The notes under the pieces: model-generated
The model's database searches: none
What the model saw: the letters and a program-made list of their open reading frames with translations, nothing else
What the model was told of the DNA's origin: nothing
Position numbers and translations under genes: made by a program
Origin: Takakia lepidozioides
Lineage: Eukaryota; Plantae; Bryophyta
DNA length: 64,000 nucleotides
Assembly: GCA_030704615.1 (NCBI GenBank)
Contig: CM060734.1
Span: forward strand, 27,156,001 to 27,220,000
Direction: 5' to 3'
Shown: in pieces, positions 27,611-40,831 of the stretch
Layout: every line of letters starts with the position of its first letter
How positions within the stretch are numbered: position 1 is the first letter of the stretch

Positions 27611-28105
27611 ATGGGGTCGGGCAAGACAAAGCGAAAGCGGAACGGCCCGAAAGATGATGATCCTGGTGAGCCCGGTGGTGGCGACATGTCACCGAAGCGG
27701 CAAATGGAAGAGGCGATTTATGCTTCTGAATGCGAGGCCGCTCAAGGACGGGACGAATCTAGGGAGTCAGAGCCCGAGGACTTCCCAAAGGCTCCGCCGG
27801 ACCAACAGATGTCTCCCATGCTAGCAGCCTTTTGGGAAGGGTTGTTGGTGCAATTTGGCGAAACGTTGAAAGACGTGATGAGGGCGGCTAATGTCACTTC
27901 CACTAAGGCAAAGTTTAAGGTAAAGCCTAAGGAACCCGGCACCTTCGAGGTCGTCCGAAATCGGAAGGCACTCAACACCTGGCTTTTGGAGGTAGAGCAG
28001 TACTTCCGGGCGGCCAAGTTGAGTGACGAGGATCGGGTGGAAGTGGCTCCCACCTATTTGAGGGGCTATGCTCAACAATGGTGGCAGAAGCGCCTTCATG
28101 ACCAA
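27611..28105 (+). pseudogene. gag: Truncated Ty3/gypsy gag
   Basis: 'KPKEPGTF...ALNTWLLEVEQYF...DRVEVAPTYLRGYAQQWW' resembles a retrotransposon capsid. Similarity is lost after ~28105. Confidence 0.85.
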
Positions 28106-29565
28106 GGGCCAAACTCAGAAACCTTGAGGACAAGTACTTGCACAATCCACTCTCTCATTTACTTAATGTTGTACCTGTCTTTAAGGGTTTTGTAAGTCAA
28201 ATGTGCTCCCAGGTATAAAAGAGGACAGTGGGGCCCTGATTCTCCAATTTCACCGGGCATCTGATATTCTCTCCTGCAAAATCAGCACTCATTGTACCAG
28301 ATAGATGAAGTGCTTAAGATAGGACAGCTTTTGCTACAGGGTTGAGTACTGGTTGGCGTACAAAGCATTGCAAGAGAAAGGTGAGGTGTCTGGTGTAGAA
28401 AGTGTAGGGATATCTGTTCTCATGGATCACATCTTTTTGAGGAATCCTCTGTCCACTTGGACCCACTTCATCTTCCCTTTCTCAGCAAAAGTCTTCCTTA
28501 AGCTTGTGTGGCCAGTTGTGTTGTCAGAGCCTCTTACAATGGCCTGAAAATGCAGACGTACAATGTCAATTCTCTCTCCAGCTCGCTGCAGAAAACGTTG
28601 GAGCAGCTTGCTGCTCTTGGTCTTGTCCAATTACAAAAGGTGGGAAACCTTCCGTGTAAAACTGGCCTTAAAACTAGGATGGTGTATAGATGGGCAGCAA
28701 GTTGCTACCATCCTGCGTTACGCTTGTTTGGAGGGGTTTGTCTCGTGTTCTCTTATCCCTGTTTGTTGATCCATGACACCCAATTATTGGTCCTTAAACA
28801 AAGAAATGCGAGGAAGTAGGTCTTTCCAGCCCCTATGGCATAACTATCCAGGGTTTGGAATCTACTTTGAAGAGGGAGAAACCTTATGAAGGGGTCTGGT
28901 ATGCACTCCCTTACAGGGTGAGTGCATACCACACTCACTCCATAAGGGACTGCCATACCAGGGGCTGGTTGGTGGGTGCCCCCTCTCTCCCTTTGTCTCC
29001 CTCCATCCTTGGAATTGGCCGGTTTTTTCAGTGTTAATTTCTTGTGTTTTCATCCATACCGGATGGACTCTGGCAGTTTTTTCACCCATCCTATAATGAT
29101 TTTTCATCCATACCGGATGAACTACCAGGGTGGACACTGAATTACCTCTAAGACGAGTCTCTGATTTTTCATTCCTCTTTTATTGACTTTCATCCATACC
29201 GGATGAGTCACCAGAGAATGAGGAATTACCTCTGTGGGGGTTGCCACTGGCATCCTATTTTTTCCATCCATACCGGATGAAAAATGCCCGGATATTAATT
29301 TTTTCATTCCTCTTTTATTGCTTTTTCATCCGTACCGGATGAGGCATTTTTGGGATGTGGAATTACCTGTAAGGATGTAAAACCGATGCCTTGGATGTTA
29401 TTTCCTGTTTTTTGATCCTACTGCTGGATTTTTTCCAACGGATGAACTCAATAATTTTTTTCATTTGGACCGGATGAAGTGTACAGCTTTTGATGGCCCT
29501 GGACTGATTAATTACCCCTAATTATAGTTAGTTAAGGTGTGAAACCCTAACCCCTACCCTAAAAC

Positions 29566-29828
29566 GACCAATCGGACTGGGTGGAGCACTTGGATGCGGC
29601 AGAGTTATGTTATAATAACACAAAACACTCCGCAACGGGAGTTTCCCTTTTCATATTGGTCTATGGAAAAACACCTTTGGTGCCGACAAGTTGGGCCGTC
29701 CAAGATGTTGAGGAACCGGCAGCAGCAGCGGTGCTGGAAGAACGCGAGCGTTTGTTGAAGCTCGCAAAGTACTACATTGCCAAAGCTAGGAAACGGTATG
29801 AACAGCAGGCGAATCGGAAGCGGAGGTC
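29566..29828 (+). pseudogene. Ty3/gypsy integrase C-terminal fragment
   Basis: 'DWVEHLDAAELCYNNTKHSATGVSLFILVYGKTP...ARKRYEQQANRKRR'. Confidence 0.85.
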
Positions 29829-29989
29829 AATGATGACCCTCGCCTACTAACCCTAGGGCCATCTTATCCATTTGATTGTACTTAGAGGAGTTTGAACCTG
29901 CAACCTCTTTGTTATAAGAGTTATAGTTCACTGCCTGTTAACCAATACACCCATTAGTCATTCATATGATCATATGATGTTTTAATTGT

Positions 29990-30303
29990 ATTATACACAC
30001 CAAATTACAAAATCCCCAATAGTCATCATGACTACGTAACCTCATCCATGTACACTGTAGTCATGGAAATGACTATGAATGGTGAGCTAAATCTGGTCAA
30101 TTGTCGTTGACCAGCCTTCCGCCCATTCCGGAGCCATGTAGTCATACAGACGACTATTTAGATAGTCGTTCATATGACTACAGTCGTATGAACGACTGCG
30201 GGAGGTCAATTTCATATAAAAACATGGTGCAGTCATGGTCAAAGTCATGAAAACCATGACTACCACAGTTTGGCAGTTATAACGACCGCGATCTGTTGTA
30301 GTG
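29990..30303. mobile_element. CACTA/En-Spm transposon end fragment
   Basis: Ends in ...TGTAGTG (reverse complement CACTACA) exactly where the macro-repeat resumes (gtttaacctagc). Carries subterminal AGTCATG/CATGACT repeats. Confidence 0.7.
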
Positions 30304-33300
30304 GTTTAACCTAGCTACGGATAAAATCTGTCAGGTTTTAAAGGATGTGGTGTTGATTATTCATCCTACACGGATGAAAAATCGGGCAAGAGCCTCAGGA
30401 TATGCGACGCATTTTTTGTTGTTGCCACGCAGGGGGGTTGCAAGCTGCGACAGCCGGCCGTGTCAACCCCCATGCCGTCAAAAGCACGAGCAGTACTTCT
30501 GAGCTCGCGGGAAGACCGTTATGGCGTCTACGCTTTGTTACGACCCTGATTACTGCATCGTACCCGTGCTGGGCGATCTCATGGGGATGCGCAATGGCGG
30601 CGCTTTGTTTTTTCTTACACGCGGGAGACAATGTTGTGAATGCATCGTCTCTTTCCCTCCTCTGGCTTTTAATTTTTGCAGCGGCGCTTGTGTGGGGAAG
30701 TATCTCTCTCTCCCTTCTTAAACCTAGCAAATGTGCTTGTATGCTTCACTTCTCCTTTGCTTTGCTGGAGGTGGTTTGCTGGTGGTGATGGCGCACAGTT
30801 CTCTTCCCCGATCGCTCAAGGTGTTTTTGGTGATTAGGGTTCCTTTTGTTTTATGTCTTTCTCTCTCGCTTTTGAGGTTCTTAGTTGACATCGATGACAA
30901 GTGTAGGGGTCTGTGATTCATCTGGGGTTCCACAATCCTCACTAACCTGTTGATTTTTGTGGGGGCTTGTGATGGGACCAGGTGAGGATCCCTACTTGTT
31001 TTGAATTCTCTTGAGCTTGCAGATATGGATGTGGGCAAAGAGAGCCTATTGTGTAGGGCGTCTTGACCTGGCTGCTGCCTACAGCCCCAATTTTGGCCCG
31101 CTTGCTCCTAGTTTGGCATGCTGATGCTTACTTTTGACTTATGTTTTGCTGCCTTTAATGGAGCATTTCGGCCTGGCAGGCCTGTCTCTTGAAGCCCAAC
31201 ATCTGGACCTTACCTTGTCTAGTAATCTTTGACAACGGTGCATGTGGATTATTAAACTAGGTACTGTTTTGGCCTTAAAAAGGAGGTGAGTTTTATGGGT
31301 AAGGCCTGAGTGGCTGTCAGGTTCTAAGGAAGAGGAGGCCCTGATTTTTAAGATGGCAGCCTGATAAGGCACTGACAAGCCCCTTTCAGACCTGAATGGA
31401 GCATAGTCAGGTTTATTTGCCAACCCTGGTGTAAGCCTTCTGGAAAGCAGTGTTGGTAAGCTCTACTGGACCTTTGCCAAAGATTATTAGCCTTGTATTG
31501 CCATCAGGCCAGTTACCTGCAATGTATGGATTATTTTTTGGCCAAGAAGGCTTGGTCCCGGGCACTCAAGATGTTTGTGTGTCCATGTCTTGAATCTGTA
31601 ATATGGCAGGCCGTTCTTCTATTCCCAAGATGCCTTGCATGATGCATGTCTTGGGGCAATTGTGAATGGTATAGAATGGGGCTGCAATCTGTCTTGTCAT
31701 GCCCAAGAAGGTTACTTGGTTGCATGTTTGGAAACTGAAAAACTGCAAGCTGGTCCATCAAGATGCTTGTGTATACATGTCTTGAATCTGTAGTATGGCA
31801 GGCTGGCCTTGCATGATGCATGTCTTGAGGTAATTACAAATGGTAAAGAATGAGGCTGCAATATGCTTTGTCATGCCCAAGAGGGTTACTTGGTTGCATG
31901 TTTGGAATTTGCCCAAACTGCAGGCTGGTCCATCAAGATGCTTATGTGTACATATCTTGAATCTGTAATATGGCAGGTTGTTCTTACTTGCCCAAGATGC
32001 CTTGCATGATGCATGTCTTGGGGTAATACTGATAAGGTAGGCTGCAAATTAAATTTTGTCATACCCAAGATGTTTGCTTGAAGGGCATGTCTTGAATCTG
32101 TAATATTGCAGGTTGGCTTCACATACACAAGATGTTTTGCTCTAGAATGCATGTCTGTTGTAATTATGATGCCAGGAAAGGGTTGACAGGCTGCAGCAAT
32201 CTGATTTTTCAGTACACAAGATGTTTGCTTATATGTTTGTCTTGTTGTCATGACCTGTACATAAACAAACCCCGCCCTCCCACCCTGTTTTATCATGAAT
32301 GATTGGGTGAAATCAATTAGGAAGTCATGACTAGAATGGAAGTGTTAGATGGTGCCCTGTTTATGGGCTGTTTATGTCTTTAATTGACAATGACCCTAGT
32401 AGGGTCTTGTCAATGTCTTGACATGACATGAATATCTTCCCACTCTTCATTTTCCAGTGTACTTGGTGGTTCTTGTACACACCATCTACCACTTTCTTTT
32501 CTGGTTATTTCTTCATCATGTTGAATATACTAACATGGTTTTTTTTCTGGCCTGGCAGAAGGTCCCTCCATGACAAAGATATGGAGCAATGACCTTCATA
32601 AGGTATGTCCTCCAACAAAAACTTGTTGGTGAAATTAAGCACAGATTTCTTTAAGATAAGCATAGTGCTTTTGAGTGTTGTCTTCATACTGATATATTGA
32701 GCTAGGCCTAGGTAAAACCACCTGTAGGAGTATGTGTACACCTTCTACATGATCCGGTCAATGCACACTACTCGTGTTAGATGGTATCCTGTAGCTGATG
32801 CCTTGTATTAGTTTTAGACACTTTTAGGCTCATATGCCTTCATACCTCTCTACAAGTGGCTTTGCTCTATGTAGCACCACTAAGCAAATATGCATATGTA
32901 ATATGCTATGTGCTTATCATACCTTTGGAAAAACTGGCCTTAAAACCAGGATGGTGTATAGATGGGCAGCAAGTTGCTATCATCCTGCGTTACACTTGTT
33001 TGGAGGGGTTTGTCCCGTGTTCTCTTATCCCTGTTTGCTGATCCATGACACCCAACTATTGGTCCTTAAACAAGGAAATGCGAGGAAGTAGGCCTTTCCA
33101 GCCCCTATGGCATAACTATCCAGGGTTTGGAATCTACTTTGAAGAGGGAGAAACCTTATGAAGGGGTCTGGTATGCACTCCCTTACAGGGTGAGTGCATA
33201 CCACACTCACTCCATAAGGGATTGCCATACCAGGGGCTGGTTGGTGGGTGCCCCCTCTCTCCCTCTGTCTCCCTCCATCCTTGGAATTGGCCGGTTTTTT

Positions 33301-34853
33301 CAGTGTTAATTTCTTGTGTTTTCATCCATACCGGATGGACTCTGGCAGTTTTTTCACCCGTCCTATAATGATTTTTCATCCATACCGGATGAACTACCAG
33401 GGTGGACACTGAATTACCTCTAAGACGAGTCTCTGATTTTTCATTCCTCTTTTATTGACTTTCATCCATACCGGATGAGTCACCAGAGAATGAGGAATTA
33501 CCTCTGTGGGGGTTGCCACTGGCATCCTATTTTTCCATCCATACCGGATGAAAAATGCCAGGATATTAATTTTTTCACTCCTCTTTTATTGCTTTTTCAT
33601 CCGTACCGGATGAGGCATTTTCGGGATGTGGAATTACCTGTAAGGATGTAAAACCGATGCCTTGGATGTTATTTTCTGTTTTTTCATCCTACTGCTGGAC
33701 TTTTTCCAACGGATGAACTCAAGAATTTTTTTCATCTGAACCGGATGAAGTGTACAGCTTTTGATGGCCCTGGACTGATATTAATTACCCCTAATTATGG
33801 TTAGTTAAGGTATGAAACCCTAACCCCTACCCTAAAACCTACCGCTTAACCTAGCTACGGATAAAATCTGTCGGGTTTTAAAGGATGTGGTGTTGATTAT
33901 TCATCCTGCACGGATGAAAAATCGGGCAAGAGCCCTAGGATGTCTCTCCCGCCGTCAGAAGCACAAGCAGTGCTTCCGAGCTGGCAGGAAGAGCGTTATG
34001 GCATCTGCGCTTTGCTGCTACCCTGTTTGCTGCATTGTACCCGTGCTGGGCGATCTCCTGGGGATGCGCAATGGCGGCGCTTTGTTTTTTCTTACAGGCA
34101 GGAGACAATGTTGTGAATGCATTGTCTCTTTCCCTCCTCTGGCTTTTAATTTTTGCAGCGGCGCTTGTGTGGGGAAGTATCTCTCTCTCCCTTCTTAAAC
34201 CTAGTAAATGTGCTTGTATGCTTCACTTCTCCTTTGCTTTGCTGGAGGTGGCTTGCTGGTGGTGATGGCGCACAGTTCTCTTCCCCAATCGCTCAAGGTG
34301 CTTTTGGTGATTAGGGTTCCTTTTGTTTTATGTCTTTCTCTCTCGCTTTTGAGGTTTTTAGTTGACATCGATGACAAGTGTAGGGGTCTATGATTCACCT
34401 GGGGTTCCACAATCCTCACTAACCTGTTGGTTTTTGTGGGGGCTTGATGGGACCAGGTGAGGATCCCTACTTGCTTTGAATTCTCTTGAGCTTGCAGATA
34501 TGGATGTGGGCAAAGGGAGCCTATTGTGTATGGCGTCTTGACCTGGCTGCTGCCTGCAGCCTCGATTTTGGCCTGCTTGCTCCTGGTTTGGCATGCTGAT
34601 GCTTACTTTTGACTTATGTTTGGGGGTTGCTATTTCATGAGCGGCATGAGCATGAGCGGAAAAAAAAAAAACATGAGCGGGCCATTGTGTGTCCACGGAA
34701 ATAGGGTTAGGAGGCACGGAAATAGGGTCATATCAAGTTGGAATTTGGCACTAGTGGACTCGTCATAGCAATGAAATGCAACATTTTATTGCAAATTTTG
34801 TGGCAAGCCACATCTATACAAGTGTGTCGTAACTGTCATAGCCGGAATGGGCA

Positions 34854-37800
34854 CTACTCTCCTACACCCTCCGAGGAACTTGCCCCGCCTTCCTCCTCAT
34901 CCCCCTCATCCTCCCCATCCTCCGAGCTCTGTGATGCATTAGTTCCACTATGCCTCTCAAAAATTCCGTCCTCTCCTTGGGGGACTGTCCACCTCACCTC
35001 CTGAGAATCTTCTGCCTCTTCTCCCCCACTTTCCTCAGCAGAATCCAAGACAAATCTACAAGCCTGACGGGCTCTAATAGCTACTGCCTCCTCCCTCATC
35101 TTCATTTTCTTGAGGCTTGCCTCGTCTAAAATCTGCTGTACACGACTAGGTTCGGAAGACCTCCTAATGGACACCGAAGCAAGTCGGGCAGCATAAGTAG
35201 GAAGGATGTAGTCCCTTTCTGGACTAGGCATGAAATCCCCCCTGGCAAAAAAAGGCACGCTCCTCCTGCCCATGAACTGCGGTGTAGACGTCCCTCCTGC
35301 AGTAAGAACAAATCCACTTTAAGAATGTCAATACCAGCAGAAGCAAAAAAAGGTCTTTCAATGAAATAAGAGAGCGAAGGGAGGTGCCTCACGAAATCAG
35401 GAGGCAACTTACAATGCGACCACTCACTCGTAAACCGGGGGCTCCTCGGCCTCGATCCCAACTTGTACCTCCCCCTGCTCCTGGTCGGATTCTTCCTCAT
35501 CCTCCGAGGATGCCTCTTCCTCTTTCGGCAAACGTTCAGCCGCTGCAAGTTCGGAGTTGTGGAGGGCAGTATCTGGCTTGAAGGCGAAGACATGCCTGTC
35601 GGACAACGTCCCTGCCCACATTGAAGCACTTGAGGGACAAAGCAGGCGGTTAGTAGCATGCGGCATGCAATTGCAATCAGGCCAGGGGACAAAATGTGCA
35701 CGTGAAGGCTTACCCGTGCCGCATGTGAGGTCAAGAATCCACCCTTGGACATCTGAGCACGTCTCCATGAGGGTTTGGATGCAAGCAGGGCGCCGGGTCC
35801 GGCTGTACCGCCACGGTTTGCCTGTCTTTGTGTCCTTCGGCATACTGGAGTGGGGCACATAGTTGTAGAGGACATCGTAGGTAACAGGGTCCACAGCGGC
35901 ATCAACAAGACGACCGTCGTTGCGGAATTTGAACGTAGACCCTCTCTTCACAAAACAATATGCCTCAAACACCAATGTCTGCACATCCAACAAAAGAGGG
36001 ATCAACTCCAGGGTCTAGTTCAGATACACCACAAATATGAAGTGAATGCAATAGATTGATAACTTACACTCTGGCCCTCTGTTCGCAACCCCTGCGTATT
36101 GATGCAGAACCATTTTTTGAGGAGGACCTGGGTGACACTTTTTGGTGTCCACCTTGCCACAACATTGTCTGTGGTCTTCCCTCTTGTGGCAAGGACCACC
36201 ATACATCCACCGTCATCCAGGAGCATCCCCGCCAGCCCAAACCCGGCTCTCCAGTAGTCCTCAGTAAACCTGTTCCACGTGGGCACACCATCCAGGCCCT
36301 CCAGCAGCTCCCTATCTGGAATATCGAGGAGAATCATATTGCAGGCTCTCTCCACCTCACCCCCCCCCCCCCCGAGTGCTCTTGCAATCCATGCTCACAG
36401 CCGTGAAGAATTCCATCATGGATTCGAAACCAGGGGTGTCTTTAGGCTCTGTACTGGGAGTCCTCTTCTTGGATTTCCCCTTCTGCTCCTCCATAGACTT
36501 GCTGTGTGCCACCTTCTTCGCCGTGGCAGCCAGAGCGTCAAGGAAGCTCTCATTGACAGATTGGATGATGGTTGGGGGTTCTAGCTTTGGCCTCTTCAGA
36601 AATGTCACCGCCGAATACCGCCGTGTAGGCTCGCCCTCAAATGCCAACTTCTTGGCAGAGCCAGTCCCAGTCCGAACTGACTTGGGAACCCGGACGACCG
36701 GTGACTTGGTACCAGCAGCAGCAGTCGCAGGACCTTACACAAAGTCGTCGTCGGAGTCACTCCCTTGGGGCCCCTCCTGCGCCTCCTCTGGTGCCCGGGT
36801 GGTTTTCTGTTTTTTGGGGGTTACTGTACTCCCCTGTTTCCGTGTCTTTTTCTTTTGTCCTTTATTCTTCTCATTCAATTTCTCTTGAATACCTGCCTGA
36901 GCAAGCTCTGCCGCTTTCCTGGACTGGGCAAGCGCTCTCGCCTCCTTTGGACCCAGCGGAGGCAGCGGAGCCCGGTTTCGTCGAGCCTCAGCATCCAACT
37001 TCAATTGAAACTCGGATGGGTCGAGCGAGCCGGGCGGAAGGTCCACATACCAAGGGCAGTCGCGCAAATGTTCCAGATGCCACTCCTTCACGATAACGTC
37101 AGTGTACATGGAGTCAGCCCCAGGGTTCCTCCATGCGAGGAAGAATGGCGGCTCGAAGGACAGATGTCCCTTCTCCAAAAGGGAGAACTTGCAGTACCTG
37201 CATTCAAGAAACACACAGAATGAGGTCCCAGGAACGAGGTAAATTTTAGGGAATAAAAATGACTAGGCCCGGAACTGGAAAAATGGCGCCGAATTTCCAG
37301 TTTCGGTGCCAGCCACCCCAAGGACTTGGCCATTTTCGGAGCCCTCAACTGGAAATTCGGCGCCATTTTCCCAGATTGGGGCCGAACATGGCTAAGTCCC
37401 AGAACTGACTGGGCCTGGAACTGGAAAAATGGCGCCGAATTTCCGGTTTCGGTGCCTGCCCCACTAGGGACTTAGCCATTTTCGGGGCCCTGCACTGGAA
37501 ATTCGGCGCCATTTTCCCAGGTTGGGCCCGAAAATGGCTAAGTCCCAGAACTCACTGGGCCCGGAACTGGAAAAATGGCGCCGAATTTGCAGTTGAGGTG
37601 CCTGCCTCTAAAGGGACTTAGCCATTTTTGGGGCCGTGCACTGGAAATTTGGCGCCATTTTCCCTGGTTGGGCCCAAAAATGGCTAAGTCCCAGAACTGA
37701 CTGGGCCCGGAACTGGAAAAATGGCGCCGAATTTCCCAGTTTCAATGCCAGCCACCCCAGGGACTTAGCCATTTTCAAGGCCCTGAACTGGAAATTCGGC

Positions 37801-40800
37801 GCCATTTTCCCAGGTTGGGGCCGAAAATGGCTAAGTCCCAGAACTGGAAAAATGGCGCCGAATTTCCAGTTTCAGTGCCAGCCACCCCAGGGACTTAGCC
37901 ATTTTCGGGGCCCTGAACTGGAAATTCAGCGCCATTTTCCCAGGTTAGGGCCGAGAATGGCTAAGTCCCAGATCTGGCTGGGCCTGCAACTGGAAAAATG
38001 GCGCCGAATTTCCAGACTGAGTGCCAGCCACCCCCTGGACAGCCATCCCAATTCGGCGCCATTTTTCCAAGGACCACAACTAATTTTCATGCGCCACATA
38101 AGGCCTCTTACATCCTCGAAATGTTGGGACTAAAAAGAAAGGCACGGCGTATGTACCTGTACAGAAGGCGCATTGCCGCTTTGTCCGCGTTCGGCTGGTT
38201 GGTGAACTCGTGGCTCCGGCAGGCATGGGGTATCTCTTGAAAGAATAGGTCGGTTTTGTAGAGCAGAAAGTACCTCGTCACATAGTCGCGTAGGCTCTCT
38301 GCTTCACCAGAAATCTCCAGCTTGAACTGATGTGCTTGTGTGTCAAGCTGCTCTTGCGCATTCGTCATCACTTGTGGAAATTCTCCATCAGACCGCTTTC
38401 CTCAAAAAATACAATAAATCCATCCGATACAAGAGTAGACGCCCCAAATGAAGCGTGGGAAAGTACCTGAAACCACCATGTCATGCGGTTCATCCACATG
38501 TCGAATGTGGGTCGGACAGTTTGTCGGGTTTGGGGAAGCTCCACATGTCCCTTGTAATTTGGGAACCATTCCAGATTTGGAGCCACCGGGTCTGTCCAAC
38601 CACCCAGCATATTAGTAAGCGCCAAACACCACAAAAACGAATTGCTGCCACTACAATTTGGTTAAGAATATATAACATTTTCTGTTGCATCCACACAGGA
38701 TGTGGCTAGATGATGCAGCTTCTCCAATGTCATCATGGGCTTCAGAGCGCGGGAGTAGTGCTTCCCCACCTCCACCAGAAAATCGGCACCAAGGGCGGGA
38801 TCAGCTATGGCCACGTACTTTATCATCCGCGACTTGTACTTGATGCGGGCCTTCGCCTCCGCAGCTTTGAGATACGATTCCAGTGCCGGGAGGGTTAGTT
38901 TTTTCTCCTCTGACTTCATGTAGAACCTCCGCGCATGTGCCAAATCCTGCTGAATTTTCGTCTGTCAAGAATGCGCACATAAGATTAGAGATCCTGCTCA
39001 ACATTTTTTCTTCTATTGGGGGAGGAGAGACAGATTAGCTCAACAAAACAGTGAGGAGCTTTACCCGAAATATGTAGTCCACCATGGCGTCCATGCTCAG
39101 CCTATACCAGGTTCTGTCTGCCTTTGCCTCCGACTTGTGCAGGAGGTCAGCACTGAGCGAATTGGCAAACTCTTGCACCCCCTGCTTCCCAACATCCTTC
39201 ACTCAGAAGAGCATATGGGACAAGTTGGTGGCAATGAAGGCATTCTCAGTCACCCTGCAATGCCACATTTCCATTAAACAATACAGAAATGTTAATTTGC
39301 AACAAATATGACGATTGGCAATGAAATGACTGTTTCAAATTCAAAGTTCCAAAGCAAGAAGCATTGTAACTTACGAGTTGATGTCTGCCATTGCCGCTTT
39401 GAGAAGACTACGATCTTTGGGCCCTGCAACCTTAAGCACAACACACTCCATGGCGAAATGTCAATCCAGGTCGTTGGGGTGGGCTTGGGCTATGTACTCT
39501 ATCCATGACAGGAGGCGATGATTGCTGTTTCACACGTAAAACATCTTTCCGGACAAGTGCTGGAAAAGAGGATCAGTAGCAATCAATCTCTCGAACTCCT
39601 CATTTTGCCTTTGCCAATGGGGACCTCATTTGTCCACCTCATCGGAAGTGTGGGCACGAGAAGCTCCGTGGTCGTTCTCCATGGAAACGTAAAACGCTGC
39701 AGACCCCATTCGATATCCCTCCCGGAAAGAGAATTTCAGCTTGTCGATATCGGGCAGGTCTCACCACCTGCAATGAAACCAAGCGCAAAGGGGAATCCGA
39801 AGCTTGGTCGGGTACACCATGCCCCCCATGATCCTGCCAATGTTGTTGTGGGTTGCCTCCAACATCTTGGCAGCGGCCAACTTCATATCCGCCTCCGACA
39901 TGACGTCTGTTGCAGGGGGGTTCTCCGGCAGCCCACCCGGACCGCCAAATTCAGCTTGTATGCTGCGGGTTTGGGGCCTGGGGATGTCCGGGAGGATGTC
40001 ATCCTGGTCAGAAAGCTCCCTCTCGTCGTCCTCAACATGGTCATCCTCCGGCGGAAGCACCTGGAGCACTCTCTCCGTCTCTACTGCCCTCACCCCGGCT
40101 TCACCTCGAACTTGCACAATCCGTGCTCTTTGTGGTGTTCTTTCACCTCCTCCAGTCTCCACCGTATGGGTAATTGCGGGGTCTGCTCCTGCCCGCGATG
40201 GTGTAACTGGTGTGTTATTGCCTCTTTGTGGTATCTTGGAGGGATCCACCGTCTCTGTGCGTCCCTCGCTTACATGGGCATCTGTCATTTCGATACCCCT
40301 GGCCTCTTCAGTGGCATTTTCTCTTGCCTCCTGGCTAGCCTTCTGTCTCGCCTGTTCTTTTGCCCTCTCTTTTGCCCTCTCACGGGCCTTTTGTTTCTTA
40401 CTAGGGGTAGCAGCAGGGGAGGCCTCCAGGACGACCACCTCTGATTGAGGCGAACTGACACCCTCGCGCGCCCTGCTCACTCCCCCCTCCGCAGCCCGTG
40501 ACGGCTCTCTCGCCGGGGATTGCATGTGCTTGGCTTTCTTCTTCTTCTTCTTTGCGTGGGCGGGCCCTACTGCATGTGCATCAACATCCTCCATTGCCGG
40601 ATCTGTTGTCCTCATCCGACGCCCTTCACCTGCCATGCCGCCTTCACCTGCCATGCCGCCTGCACCAACCTCCCCAATGCTTATTCTGTCGTACTCTCGC
40701 TGTAAGTCCTCCCGTCCACCAACGAAAGGTTTTAGTTTGCCCTCCCGCCCCAAGTTGGGCGATCCAAACATGCGATGAGTAGCGGCTTTTGGAGTCACTG

Positions 40801-40831
40801 CTCGAGCAGTTGGAGCTGTCGATGATACCAC
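34854..40831 (-). pseudogene. Multi-exon gene: disordered N-terminus + ParB/Srx-like domain + beta-class N4C/N6A-type DNA methyltransferase + acidic tail
   Basis: ParB-like region 'IPLC..VVRP..DIDKLKFSFREGY..FYVS..MFYV*NSNHRLLSW' (decayed WDGNHR, ~39510-39790). MTase motif IV-like 'MILLDIPD' (~36314-36337) lies upstream of 'RRPACIQTLMETCSDVQGWILDLTCGTG|ASMWAGTLSDRHVFAFKPD' (motifs X/I/II, ~35570-35800). GT-AG introns join the exons in frame where I checked (e.g. ~38156-37198). Confidence 0.8.
37255..38070. repeat. Intronic array of ~146-bp units, each made of two mutually inverted ~73-bp halves centred on GGCGCC
   Basis: GGCGCC at 37285, 37359, 37431, 37505, 37577, 37651, 37723 and onward. 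'gggacttagccattttcggggccc' alternates with its near reverse complement 'gggcccgaaaatggctaagtccc'. Confidence 0.92.

Larger units (their letters stand above)
28658..34621 (+). repeat. ~3.5-kb macro-repeat of unknown class, tandem copies 1-2 (copy 1 interrupted at 29566-30303)
   Basis: 28658-31146 matches 32930-34621 closely. It contains clustered CATCCATACCGGATG motifs, a telobox-like 'aaaccctaacccctaccctaa' and degenerate repeats at 31560-32230. Confidence 0.9.

Noticed and set aside
29540-29565. Interstitial telomere
   Set aside because: Only 2-3 degenerate CCCTAA-like units, which are part of the macro-repeat.
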